DNA of 61,976 nucleotides from IMG/VR virus record IMGVR_UViG_3300030102_001784, positions 1 to 61,976 of that record; one strand, written 5' to 3'. Position 1 is the stretch's first letter, and the number at the start of each line of letters is the position of its first letter. This document shows, one piece after another, positions 44,001-53,700 of the stretch. The stretch comes from a virus. Lineage: Duplodnaviria > Caudoviricetes. A program made the position numbers and the translations under genes. The notes below the pieces were generated by a model. That model was given only the letters and a program-made list of their open reading frames with translations. It was not told where the DNA came from and made no database searches.

Positions 44001-46695
44001 AATCTTCTTGATGTTGCTCTTTAGTGTAAGGTGTTCCGTCTGGGTTTTTACCTGTTTTTAGTTTTTTATCTAATGTATTTTGTGCATTTTTAAAAAACTG
44101 AGAATTTATTTCAGCCGAAGTACCAAAACCACTACTTGGAGCAAAATTTATAGCTACGTTTCTTGCTGCGTTTCTAATTTCAATTACGCTTTGTGAAGCT
44201 ACACTAGCACTAAAAGGCATCATAACACCAACTATACCACCAGCTTTAGCGCTATTCCAAGCAGCATTCATATCTAAATATCTACCAGTGCCTTGAGATC
44301 TACTGCCTTTAACCATAGAAGCTTGTCCTATTGCACCAATTATTTCTTGACTACCTTCAGTTATCATTTCAGTTAAACCAGCTTCTCCTTTGGCTAAAGC
44401 ACCAGAAACTAAGTTTTTACCGAATTGCTTAAAATCACCAGCTATAAGAGAAGCAAAACCACCTTTACCAACACCTAGCGCTTTTTGTGTTTTAGCTAAT
44501 ACTTTTCCAGCACCAATTTTTTCCATAGCTGTTTGAACAGCAGATGTAACAGCTGCTTTACCAGGATCGTGATACCTACCTGTCTGAAGACCTTCAACTA
44601 AAAAATCTCTTCTAGTTTCATCATCTGCATTACTCCAAGACCCAGCTCCGTTTTCTGCTTCATAATCTTCTTGAGCACCGGCTTGTGCTGCGCCAAAATA
44701 AGCATCACCATACATAGTTACACCCATTGTAACTGTACCTAAAGATCCTAAAATTACTGGTGCTAAAGTTCCACCAGAAGCAACAGAGGCTAATGTTCCA
44801 GCTGTTGCTAAACCTATTTGTGGTAAAGCTTCAGCGGTAGTTAATACTACATCACTCCAAGTTATATCGCCATCGTCTAGATCGGCTTGTTTATATTTTT
44901 GTAGATCAAGCTCTCCTTCTTCTATTTCATCTAAATTATTTTCTAAAGCTTTTACCCAATCTTTTTCTTCAAGTTCTAATTTTTTATAAGCTTCACTTAA
45001 TGGCATTTTTTTACCATAATAACTAACGATAGAGTCTTTATTTAATTTACCGCTTTTTTCAGCTTCCTGTAAACCTATTATTCTATCTCTTGCATTTTTA
45101 GCTCTTTGAGTATCATAGCTAGCTTGAAATTTATCAAAACCAGTTCCTATAGTAACAGTACCTTTTACAATACCTTCTGCTAAATCAGCGTTAGTTTCAG
45201 CAAGCCAATCCATACCTGGAACATTATTAAACACGTTCGAAGCATAATCTAAATTTCTTAAAAAAGTGCTTTGACTTCTTTTCCATGTGTTATTAGCTGC
45301 GGCAAAAGCTTCACTTCCTACAGCAGATATAGCGTTTACACGATTTCTATATTCAGGATTACCACCAATATCTTTAGTCATAATTTCTGAATAATAAGCT
45401 TCTAATTCTTTATTAGCTTTATCACTTTGAGCCGGATCGTCTAAATCATATTTTTCAGCTAATTCTTTTTGTTTTTCTGCTAGTAAAGGTTTAGCTCTTA
45501 ATTGAGCTTCTAATTGTATTTTTTGTATTAAAGGATCACTATCAACCTCTTGCTGTATGGCGTTGTTTAATTGTATCTCTAACTCTTCAGGACTTGTTTC
45601 TTCTGAAAAATTAATACCACTAGTATTTTCACTGTCGGAATTAATGTATTTAGAATTAAAAGTGTTTACAGCTTCAACAGTAGGAACTTGCTCGGTTGCT
45701 TTTACTATTCTATTTTCACCTGTAAAAAATTTAGAAAAACTACTTTCATCAGCTATTTCAAACTTTCCTTCGTCTAGAGAAGATTCTAGTTGTTTTCTCT
45801 CTTCATTAAGTTTATTCCACTCTTCTTCAGATAAAGTATTTTCTGCGTCAGCATATATTAAATTATTAGCTCTTACAGGGTTTCTACCTTCAGATTTTAA
45901 TTTTTCAAATAATTCATTATCTTGAGCAGAACCATAAGATCCTCTACCTCTAGAATAATTACCTTTATAGCCTTTATTAGGACTTAACTTATCTGTTAAC
46001 TCTTGCCACTTTTTATAGTTGTTATATTCTTCTGGACTACCAAAATCAGTTTCTTCAAGTTTTACATTTTCATCAAACACCTCTTTTTTGCCCTTACCTG
46101 TAGCAGCATCTTCATAAGTAACTTTTCTAGTTTTACTTCTCTTTATGTCTAATAACTGCTTATACCTATCAGCAGTATTAACATAATCAGTTTCTACTTC
46201 TTTTTGCTCTGTTAAAGGTTTTTGATTTTTTATTTGTGTGTTTAATTCCTCTAATTTCTTTAACTGTTCTTTGTCTGCAGCAGCTGCAGCATATTTTTTC
46301 TCAAAATAAGCATCTTTATCAAAAGTATTATGACCGAATTGCGAAGCAATAGAAACTTCAGCTATACCTGATGCTTTTATCCAATCACTATCACCTGCTT
46401 TTTTTGTATAATAAACACCCTTATCTCCTTCTACTTCATACTTATACTCGTAACCATCGTTTGGTTTATATGTTTGTCCTGGTTTAGCTTTTAAAGCATT
46501 TTCTTTATCAACTATAGTTTCATCAACAACATTACTTTCATTAGGTTCGTTGTTTTTTACTTCAACGTCTTCTTTAACCTCTTCAATATTTTCTTCTTGA
46601 GAATTATTTTTTTTAAATTCTTGCACTTTATCAAATATCTCTTGCTGAGATAATCCTTGATTTTGCAAAGAACTTACATATTCTAGTAATGTCAT
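38047..46695 (-). CDS. Giant multidomain (polyvalent) probable ejected virion protein: zincin, sigma-2-like, HNH-like and HAD modules
   Basis: HEFLH (43528-43542); DDFVQNTMVELIPHIRNFKPEQNNSLSGWIN (within 42751-42969); REEHSPP (~41283); FDFDDTL/LTAR/FADDS HAD motifs (40288-40701); located after tail and small ejection-like genes. Confidence 0.8.
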   Translation of the reverse strand: MTLLEYVSSLQNQGLSQQEIFDKVQEFKKNNSQEENIEEVKEDVEVKNNEPNESNVVDETIVDKENALKAKPGQTYKPNDGYEYKYEVEGDKGVYYTKKAGDSDWIKASGIAEVSIASQFGHNTFDKDAYFEKKYAAAAADKEQLKKLEELNTQIKNQKPLTEQKEVETDYVNTADRYKQLLDIKRSKTRKVTYEDAATGKGKKEVFDENVKLEETDFGSPEEYNNYKKWQELTDKLSPNKGYKGNYSRGRGSYGSAQDNELFEKLKSEGRNPVRANNLIYADAENTLSEEEWNKLNEERKQLESSLDEGKFEIADESSFSKFFTGENRIVKATEQVPTVEAVNTFNSKYINSDSENTSGINFSEETSPEELEIQLNNAIQQEVDSDPLIQKIQLEAQLRAKPLLAEKQKELAEKYDLDDPAQSDKANKELEAYYSEIMTKDIGGNPEYRNRVNAISAVGSEAFAAANNTWKRSQSTFLRNLDYASNVFNNVPGMDWLAETNADLAEGIVKGTVTIGTGFDKFQASYDTQRAKNARDRIIGLQEAEKSGKLNKDSIVSYYGKKMPLSEAYKKLELEEKDWVKALENNLDEIEEGELDLQKYKQADLDDGDITWSDVVLTTAEALPQIGLATAGTLASVASGGTLAPVILGSLGTVTMGVTMYGDAYFGAAQAGAQEDYEAENGAGSWSNADDETRRDFLVEGLQTGRYHDPGKAAVTSAVQTAMEKIGAGKVLAKTQKALGVGKGGFASLIAGDFKQFGKNLVSGALAKGEAGLTEMITEGSQEIIGAIGQASMVKGSRSQGTGRYLDMNAAWNSAKAGGIVGVMMPFSASVASQSVIEIRNAARNVAINFAPSSGFGTSAEINSQFFKNAQNTLDKKLKTGKNPDGTPYTKEQHQEDSINIANIKNASDKIPTNADKQTREKMLDLMIKRDNLTRKIEAVKDEDLTQEEKAELAEVKTELRDIMKQESLFKTSGNVKIAIEKASKGNIEFQDFNNAASMNQYAKEQKIDGWQEKNSANHGVVLFDPKTGKERILINNELSLKDSNVNVAAHEFLHSVLRNTVQNSKGTAIALGKNLQTYLEGIDISQVDADSAYGKRLAAYKNDPEAIKGEEAITIFSDAIANGDIKFNESIFTKIGDAFRRTLQAAGLKNIRFDTGRDVYNFVKDYNKSIEKGKGLNKAQQALLDGRAEGELVKREYKPKAKPLTKVQESKAEDAVNDSVGPRKADGSYDVTNAEWKAGKADQVITEVLPKLQGLIESKIPTVKPPGFSKDDFVQNTMVELIPHIRNFKPEQNNSLSGWINSQLSNKIGNTFKTGRAGTKADFETDITEAAGVTADTETDASIDTAPKVRRKPKSPTKTKQYSSVLTENMGGKDVATEIDTAIAQDLKSAPVGSDFGKTRNIGESLGNTLGQAFGINPKVFTDKRQNIQKKDLKGLVNLKQHLNSNAQQDFKNLPNAYNDKGKSTFIPNNILNALYVKDGKGKWKLDPSKTLNDYKALLGDITSQKPIYRAAEAQTIKGLASLSFRNLIFEKAVPSVLERKTTGVKFSKQIPADSDKGKSELNDISNAKDKKSVNKIIGIENLTITPKNRVAVQLDLQNQIETNTDFDLDVFDAGMLQNSGAQRTRLENGDVVYSLSNGKTIPGKAKGVSKVSGKKLFSPPTAQEVQDFAGPDVTLVADRNRLYYGKSDPAYIAARQAAQANTDPNKPKAKRVPAKKANTKAGRDQAKINQDILESVATRLETMVANGMPIQFASLIIEGSYQATTGLTKIAAPINSASIKPEFAEKGKSNQVGGKEAFREEHSPPASVIGGSLIWAIKNGQVANIFPSIRDNYTQTLLSKKDDVKIDRAGLDSTLPDGVDITTPNAGIRRLAAAGINLNTINDFKSGKSFADIMGVGVDLKASKRNPNIVYAQNALISEQINNDLDVKTTKARIKAYEPIAALEVKASKSNNNTFGDKVNTEMTIADQLTTLNTYDKAARKARSLDTPKKGISVFDFDDTLAKTKEKVIVNKRDGSTVEISASEFAVQANDLQADGATFDFSNFEGVSDGTLKGPLADLALRRQDKFGSKDIFVLTARPQASAQAIKTFLDGIGLNLPIENITGLEDGSPSAKGNWMAEKAAQGYNDFYFADDSLKNVEAVQEVLSQVDVNSEVQLAKFSKRSTFDKIFNDILESSTGIESFKEYSTAKAQTVGKKKGRFSFFTTPSAEDFLGLLYKTLGKGKVGDAQMDFYKKNLLDPYDRAELAVTKAKIQAANDFKALKRNLKTLPKSLNKEVGYGGFTFSQAARVAAWTRQGMTIPGLSKTDLKALNDIVDKNAEMNTFVDELIKMQKDKPYPAPGKDWLGGSITTDILNDINKVNRKLYLQEWQENVDIIFSEKNMNKLEAAYGPKYVEALRDQLRRMKSGSNRPVGGSRVVNQVLDWLNNSVGAIMFLNTRSAVLQTLSAVNFIGVGNNGLINSAKAFANQKQYWKDFKTLMNSPYLVERRNGLKINVSESEIADAVAESSDKPKAALSYLLNKGFILTRFADSFAIATGGAAFYRNQLNMYLDQGMNQELAQQKAYEDFYAIAEKNQQSSNPSKISQQQASGAGRVILAFANTPMQYARIIKRSTQDLINGRGDWKKHVGTIAFYGVVQNLVFNALQNALFAEAFGEDEEDKKKEDKAGRIANGMADSLLAGLGIQGKATLALKNSLITLAKELNSESPKFVKAVYDLFDFSPPLDSKFRKLRVAANTFTWDRKLIKEKGFSLDNPAYLAGAQVISGLTNIPLDRAIQKMNNIRGIMSERSQNWQKLALSLGWSTWDVGLGYYGGFDPVKPLTPEQQYELDVTNMKKETTAKQQKQMLLDLGVTREELKKLKYEEDRVKKIIELQKKKKDGK

Positions 46696-47796
46696 TTAAC
46701 TTAATTTATTATCTTGTAAGAATTTTTCTGCCTTAGCGTTTCTACCTTCTGATAAATCAAACACAGCAGCGTCTTTTTCTACACTAGGCAGTTTGTTAGT
46801 TATAAATTGCTTTAAATAATTTTTAATAAAATAACTCATATAGTTTTCTTCAAACTTTATTTTGTTTTTCTGAGATAAAGGTAAGTCTTTTTCATAAGAC
46901 CAAGCTAAGCTACCAGCATTAGCATTTTGAGCCATTTGACTATCTTCTTCAATGCTAGATCCTCTAGCTATAAATACATTCCAAGCAGCTATAACTTCTT
47001 GCTCTTGTTGTAGTAATCCAGCAACTTCTGCGTTCACAAAAGGTTCTACTTTTCTTTGAATTTTATCCATATCAAACTTAAGTATGTTTCTACCTTTACC
47101 CATACCAATGTCTATTATTTCGTAATCAAAAGAACCATCTGTGTTTTTTAATATAAATTCATCTGCTATAGCAGCATCAGGTGTTAAATTACCTTCTTCA
47201 TCTGCAGATTCACTGTTTAAAACACCACTATCAACCAATAGTTTAAGCATGTCAGCGTTAATATCAGGTGTTTCTGCTACTAAATCAGTACCAGAGTTAA
47301 TTAAAGCAGTAAGTGTATTACTATTTATAATTAATTTTTTATCCAATATACCACCTTCAAAAGTAATTTCTTGAGAACCGTCTTCTAAAAGCTTTAAACT
47401 AACGTTATAACCCTCTGTTTTAGAAAAACCTGGACGATTAGTCATTATACAGTGAGCAACTAAAAAAGAATAATCATTAGTAACATCATAATATTGATCT
47501 GCAGTTACAGATAATTGATCTACAAGTTTTTGTATAAAATCTAAAGATTTTTGAGGAGCAGCTTCTAATATTTGTAACTGTTTGTGTTCATAATCACAGT
47601 TATCAGTGGCACATTTACCTGATTCAACAGCCATTTTTAATTTAGCGTATTTTATTCCGGTATCTTTATATGCGTTATCTAAAATACCGAAGCTAGTATC
47701 TATATTACTAGCTACATATTTTTTGTTATAAGCTAAAGCGTTACTCTTGTTTACTTGCTGTATTGAAAGGTTATATCTTGTATTTTTATTTTCCAT
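46696..47796 (-). CDS. Probable internal virion protein
   Basis: 366 aa, in the ejection-protein position of the podovirus gene order. Confidence 0.55.
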   Translation of the reverse strand: MENKNTRYNLSIQQVNKSNALAYNKKYVASNIDTSFGILDNAYKDTGIKYAKLKMAVESGKCATDNCDYEHKQLQILEAAPQKSLDFIQKLVDQLSVTADQYYDVTNDYSFLVAHCIMTNRPGFSKTEGYNVSLKLLEDGSQEITFEGGILDKKLIINSNTLTALINSGTDLVAETPDINADMLKLLVDSGVLNSESADEEGNLTPDAAIADEFILKNTDGSFDYEIIDIGMGKGRNILKFDMDKIQRKVEPFVNAEVAGLLQQEQEVIAAWNVFIARGSSIEEDSQMAQNANAGSLAWSYEKDLPLSQKNKIKFEENYMSYFIKNYLKQFITNKLPSVEKDAAVFDLSEGRNAKAEKFLQDNKLS

Positions 47797-47801
47797 GCTT
47801 A

Positions 47802-48467
47802 TTATAATTTACCTCCTAAACCACCTGCTATACCAGCTACTGATCCTATTGCCCCGGTTATTGCAGCTGTTTGATCTCTTTGAGCTGCAGCAGCTTGACC
47901 TCTAAGAGCTGATATTTGATTAGAAATTCTATCTAATTGCTGCATTTCTCTTTGCTCTGTTTGAGTAAATACAAATGTTTTACCTGCAACATCAGCTTGC
48001 TGTAATCTTTGCTCTTCAGACATTTTTTGCTGCATAAGAGTTGCTTCTCCTTGAGCTCTTTGCTGTTCGTTTCTTGCTTCTTGAGATTCTATATCTGCTG
48101 CTATACCTTGTTTACTTCTTAAAGCCGCTTGTGCTAATGCTGTTGCTCCACCAGCGCTTGCACCTGTTGCTCTTAAAGTGTCTAGTGTTTGAGCTAAAGC
48201 TAAATCAGTTTGCTCCATTTGTATTTCTGTTGCTTTTGTGGCTACAGAAAGCTTTTCAAATGGGTTGCTTAATAAACCAGTTAGACTTTGTACTCCTTCA
48301 TATGGGTTTATTATTTCTTGACGATTAGCTTCTAAAGCGGCTAATTTACTTTCAAGTCTTTTAGCTTTTCTCTCTGCTCTTTTTCTAGCTCTTCTAGCAG
48401 CACTTGCTCCAAAGATACCGCCACCGATACTTACTGCCGCGCCAACGCCGGCTGCTACTACAGTCAT
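47802..48467 (-). CDS. Probable small ejection/pilot protein
   Basis: Gly/Ala-rich hydrophobic ends with a Q/A coiled-coil middle. Confidence 0.65.
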   Translation of the reverse strand: MTVVAAGVGAAVSIGGGIFGASAARRARKRAERKAKRLESKLAALEANRQEIINPYEGVQSLTGLLSNPFEKLSVATKATEIQMEQTDLALAQTLDTLRATGASAGGATALAQAALRSKQGIAADIESQEARNEQQRAQGEATLMQQKMSEEQRLQQADVAGKTFVFTQTEQREMQQLDRISNQISALRGQAAAAQRDQTAAITGAIGSVAGIAGGLGGKL

Positions 48468-48468
48468 A

Positions 48469-48990
48469 TTATTTATTTTTTAATTTTAATTGTTTCTTCA
48501 TGCTTTCTATACTAATGTCTGGATCGTTAAAATCTTTTGCTACAACGTCTTCTAAAACCTCTTCAGGTGTAGATTTATCTGTAGCATGAACAGTTATCCA
48601 AACACTATCTTCGTGCATGTATATTAATCGTTTTGTTCCTGGTTTTGTTATTCCATTAAAAGGAGCTTTTATACGTTTAATACCTTCATCTGTTAATACA
48701 GATATATCGCCTTTTAATACAAAATAAGGATGTTCTTTTTTATGTATACCAGTAGAGATTATTTGACCTTTAGGCATAAATATTTCTCTAATATATAATC
48801 CATCAGCAAACGTATGCTTTAGTGGATTTATTTTGTTAGCAACTTTGTTTTGACCTGGTGTTTTAGGATCACCATAAGAACCAGGTAAACTAACTAATTG
48901 CTCTTCAAATTCCATTATTAATTCTCTAAAACGTTCTATGTGTTCTAGTTGTTCTAATGTATACTCTTGCTTTACTAAGGAGTTATTCAT
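48469..48990 (-). CDS. Cupin-fold phage protein
   Basis: HTFADGLYIREIFMPKG...IHKKEH...LKGDISV...PGTKR...WITVH. Confidence 0.7.
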   Translation of the reverse strand: MNNSLVKQEYTLEQLEHIERFRELIMEFEEQLVSLPGSYGDPKTPGQNKVANKINPLKHTFADGLYIREIFMPKGQIISTGIHKKEHPYFVLKGDISVLTDEGIKRIKAPFNGITKPGTKRLIYMHEDSVWITVHATDKSTPEEVLEDVVAKDFNDPDISIESMKKQLKLKNK

Positions 48991-49000
48991 TTAATTTAAT

Positions 49001-50755
49001 TTAAAATCCGTTATTCATGTCGTAATTACTTTCAACAGAAAATAAAGTTTTTTCGCCACCTGGATCTGTTGTGCTATCAGTTGATAGTTTAACAGTTGAG
49101 TAAAAACCTTTTATACCTGTTATAGCTTCACCAAAATTAATTTCTTGTGGTCTAGGACCTGTATTATTAATTATGTTTGCTACGTATTTATTTTCTTTAA
49201 GAGTAAAACCTGAATAAAATTTATTTAAAGGCGGTAAGTTAGGTCCAAAAATATTGTTGTATTCACTACTAGGAACATAACCACTAAATAAAACCAGTGT
49301 CCCAGCTTGCAACCCAACAGGTTCGCTTAATTCTATAACATTAGTAGAAGTATCATAAGATACAACGATTCTGTTACCAACTATTGATTCAGATAAAACA
49401 TTGTTACCTTCAAAAATAAACCCAGTAAGACTTCCAGGATCTATTTGTATAGTTGTAGAAGACGTAGTTGTTGAAACTACTGTTGCTGAACCTTCTGTTA
49501 AAACGTACTCACCTTCATCGTAACTCAATATACTTGCTGCTTGGTCATTTTCATTAGAAAAAGCAACTCCAGTAGGTGAAGTAAACTTTATTGGTCCTGT
49601 TTCGTCTGAAATTATACTATCTACTTGCCAACCGCTACTACCTTCATATCCTATTGTTTTAAACGTTTTAGAGTTTGTAGGATTTGGATTAAAAACAAAT
49701 GTTATAGAAGCAGGATTATCTTTTCCATAAAAATTACCTCTTGGAACTTGATTACTATAATGTCTAAATAATTTAGCTTTTCTATATTCTGGATTAAGTG
49801 AACCATCAGGTAATAACTCTTGGTCTATTGTTTTTACAGAATAAAAATTATTCCTTAAACTAAACATTTCATCTGGTATGTAATCAAAAAAGCTAACCCA
49901 ACCTTGTGCTTTTTCATCAAAATTTAAAGTGCTTTCTTGAGGAGTTCTAACTATGCTTTGTCTAGATTGTGGGTTTTGTATAGAAACAACGTACTCGTTA
50001 CCATATATATCATATGCTCCTAAAACTTTTCCTTTTGTAGAAATTGTTCTTGATAATACAAGATTATCTCTAAAAAAGTCTTTCATTCCAAATGAAGATA
50101 TTTCTTCAATAGAACCTCCAGCTAGTCTTAAAACAACATTATTGTTTTTGTCTGTAAAATATTTTCTATTTCCATATATAGCAAAACTTTCTGGATTTTC
50201 TGAAATACCGTATTTTCCAAGTAACGGTTGTATAGCACCTATAACTAAATTTGAACTAGTAACAGCGCCACCGCCTTCTGCAGAAAATATAGCATCTTTA
50301 TCTATTAAAGCTCTGCTTACTTTTAATTCTTGAAATATATTTAAATTAGTATCTTCAGCGTATAGCTTTTGTATACTTCCATTTGCTGGATCTAAAGACT
50401 TAGTTATATCTTCACCTACAGAAAAAACATTTGTTCTATTTATACCTGTTCTAGAGTTAAATATTCCAGAATAAATTATAGTATTAAACCTTCTTGTTTG
50501 CTCAGGCTCTTCTTCTACTATGTATGCTTTTGCGCCAAAATCAACAGAGGTATTGTTAAAGCCACCTCTTATTCTAGATTCTTCAATAACCCAAGAATCA
50601 TCTTCTGGCAAACTTGTTTGTACAGGATAACCTCCTAAATCTTCAGGTATACCAAAAGACCCATTCCACACTGGGGTCAGTGGTGGATCAGGACTATTTG
50701 TCTTTTTCAGTAGAAAAGTGTTAAAATATTTTACTTCTATTATTGCGCCCGCCAT
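49001..50755 (-). CDS. Tail nozzle/stabilisation protein, C-terminal-type half
   Basis: YGISENPESFA..G...YFTD...VLRL...GMKDFF...GAYD...GWVSFFDY beta-propeller-type pattern. Confidence 0.65.
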   Translation of the reverse strand: MAGAIIEVKYFNTFLLKKTNSPDPPLTPVWNGSFGIPEDLGGYPVQTSLPEDDSWVIEESRIRGGFNNTSVDFGAKAYIVEEEPEQTRRFNTIIYSGIFNSRTGINRTNVFSVGEDITKSLDPANGSIQKLYAEDTNLNIFQELKVSRALIDKDAIFSAEGGGAVTSSNLVIGAIQPLLGKYGISENPESFAIYGNRKYFTDKNNNVVLRLAGGSIEEISSFGMKDFFRDNLVLSRTISTKGKVLGAYDIYGNEYVVSIQNPQSRQSIVRTPQESTLNFDEKAQGWVSFFDYIPDEMFSLRNNFYSVKTIDQELLPDGSLNPEYRKAKLFRHYSNQVPRGNFYGKDNPASITFVFNPNPTNSKTFKTIGYEGSSGWQVDSIISDETGPIKFTSPTGVAFSNENDQAASILSYDEGEYVLTEGSATVVSTTTSSTTIQIDPGSLTGFIFEGNNVLSESIVGNRIVVSYDTSTNVIELSEPVGLQAGTLVLFSGYVPSSEYNNIFGPNLPPLNKFYSGFTLKENKYVANIINNTGPRPQEINFGEAITGIKGFYSTVKLSTDSTTDPGGEKTLFSVESNYDMNNGF

Positions 50756-50760
50756 ATTTA

Positions 50761-50788
50761 ATTATTACTTATTTTATAATATAATTAC
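50761..50788 (-). promoter_or_regulatory. Class II phage promoter candidate
   Basis: GTAAT-N15-GTAATAAT filling the intergenic gap. Confidence 0.65.
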
Positions 50789-53700
50789 TATATTATAGCA
50801 AATTGATAAAATGGAACATTTTCTGGTCTCCAAACTTGATTTCTTTGAGCTGCATTACTAGCACATCCTCCGCCACTGCCTTCTAGCATTTGTTCCGCAA
50901 TTCCCTCGTTAGCCGCTTCGTCGTTAAATGGTGTAAAATTAAAATCTGGTCCAGGTGGATATGGAGCAGTTACTGACCATTGTTGTGACCATTTAAAATA
51001 AGATTTTCTATCTTCACCACCTTTTCTCCATGTTGAAGGAACTAATCCGCTGTAAGTCCACATTGACCACACTTTAAATATTGGTTCATAGTTAGTTGTT
51101 GTTCCATTTGTAGGTACAAAAAACCAAGGACTAGTTCTAAAATTAAAAGGACCATGATACGTGTATATTATTTGAGGACCATTAGCAACATAATCGTGAT
51201 TAGGATCTAAAGCAGCTACACCACCTCTATTATAACCATCTAAACTACCTTCAGGACCTTGAAGAGGTTTTAAATAAAATTCTTTTTGACCTAATAAATT
51301 TACTTGTGTATACTTTATTCTTTCTATTCTTCTAGCTGGTGTACCATCTAAAACTCTTTCTTCCATTTCTGTTACAGGTATTGAACCATTATTGTAATTC
51401 CAACCAGCTCCATATGTGCTAACACCTGTGTTAAAGTCATAACTACCTCCTACATCTTTAAACAATTTCATACAACCAGTTAAAGCAGTTCCAGGAGCAC
51501 CAGCACTAGGTGTGTCTGGTAAAACAGTAGTATCGTCTCCATCTAATATTTCATATGTCCAGTGATGATTGGCAGGATTATATCCAGTAACAGCTATTCT
51601 ACCGTTTATTAAAGGTGGATAACCCCAAGAGTCTATAGCAGCAATAGTAGCAGCACTAAAACCTCTTGGTCTTAAAGTTGATGGTTGTGCTTGAACTAAG
51701 TGATCGCCGCCCGTTACAGGTGTGTTTAATGGTATAACTATTTGATCTGTGTTTGCGTTAGAAGCTAAATCTTGCGCGTATTGAACCATTGAATAACTAG
51801 CAGCTGTACCGTGATTGTTACTAGTTTCACAACATTCTCCAGCAGCAACTTGAGTATTGTCAAAGAATCCTAATCCATATATATACCAACCATATTGATC
51901 TGGTGAAGCACCAGTATCTGTACTTCTTATTTCAAAAAGCGTACAAGGATAATGCCACCAATTAGTTGAAGTTCCAAAAGGTTGGCAATTGTATCCACAA
52001 TAAGGTGAGCTTCCACTATTATCCGTACGCCATTGAGGAGGATGCGAATACTGTGGAATTCCGAAGGGTAGGTTTTCAGGTCTATAATCAGATTCAGTTG
52101 GTGCTGAAAGATTGTAAAGATCAAATTGTTGGCTTTTGTTCCAAAAATTACTATTATTTAACTCTACTTTCATGTTAACTTCTAACTGTAAGAAAACCAG
52201 ACCTGGACCAGCGTCTTGAAGTGCTAGCGTAATATAATAAATATCAGCTGGTATAAGCTCACTAGCAGTGAAAAAATTATTTATTACTCTAAAATTTAAA
52301 ACACCTGTATTTGTTGGAACTAATTGTTCTAAAGAAAATATAGGTGATCCATCTACTTCTGCAACAGGACCATTAGGTAATCCTATGTTTTGAGAAAATA
52401 TTTTACCGCTTTCAAAAGCAGTGTTTATTATTTCAACATCTCTTGTTGACAAAGCTCTACCATTATCACTTAGATTTGGATCTGTAATATTAGCTGATCC
52501 ATTTTTAAATTCAAAGTTAGCAATAGCTAAAGTACCTTTTGTGCTACGAACTGGAACTAATGGGAATGCAGAAGGTCCAATAGGGTAAGGAACAGTACCA
52601 CCTGGTCCATAAATTACGTTTGGTGTATTATCGTTTAATGCTTCTACTTTAAAAAACTCTGGAGCAACGTTTTGTAAGTTTGCTGTTTTTGTTATAAAAT
52701 TTTCTTGTCCATCTACTACAACTCTAATTGTAAAATTAAATTGTCTTAAATTTTCATTATCATTATAGAAATAAAAAATGTTATCAAAATAATTATTAGC
52801 CGGAGGAATATCTTCACCTGGGCCACCACCACCAGTGTTAGAAGTTATTTTAACTTGCCAAGGACCAAAACCTGATGGGTTTGTACCAGTATCAATTAAT
52901 CTAAAATAATCTTTTGGAGTTGTGGTAGTGCTTGTAAAAATGCTTTGATTTACATTTTCACCATTTTCATTTGTTATAGCAGCTAATCCATTAGGAGCCG
53001 CAAACTCTACAATGTCTGTGGCAGGATCTAATTGTATTACTTCTCCAAAAGTATTAACAACTTGAAAAGGTGTATCAAGTATAAAACCATCATCACCAGC
53101 TGCAAGATCTGAAGCTTTTAAACCTTCATTAAAATTATCGTTCCAAGTTATGTCAGCTCCACCTGGCTCGCTTTGAGTGTTTAATACAGCTGCGTTTAAA
53201 TCTGATATTTTACCTGAAGTAGATGTTTCCCAGAAAATATCTAAAGCACTTTCTACAGGTTCTGTTTCACACACAGCTAAATATTGTAAACCAGGACTTG
53301 TTAGCTTAAAAGCTGGATCTGCGCTTGGTCCTAAAGTTGGCACAAAAGATACTTGAGTATTTGCTTCAAGACTAACAAAAACAGGATTACCAGCTTGGTT
53401 TTTAAAAGATACGTTCATTAAACCAGTAGCAGGATCAAATGTATTAGCTGAAACATATGTTTCTGCAGGTATACCTTGACCTGTTGCTAAATAGTTTTCT
53501 AATGTACCAGGAACAATATTAACAAAAATACTTGGATCTGCTGAAAAAGAAAATAAATCAATGCTTGTACCTGAAACAGCAATGATGCCAGTTTCACCTC
53601 CTGCAGGCAAATAATTTGCATTAGCTAATTGACCTATTTGATTTTCTGTACTTAACCTAGCTATTAAAGGATTTGATTCTACATCATAAAACTGAGGAAA

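Noticed and set aside
42464-45925. Antisense + strand ORFs within the giant gene (and similar ones in groEL, tail and capsid genes)
   Set aside because: Hydrophobic S/L/F-rich translations typical of the reverse complement of real genes; no leaders or promoters.
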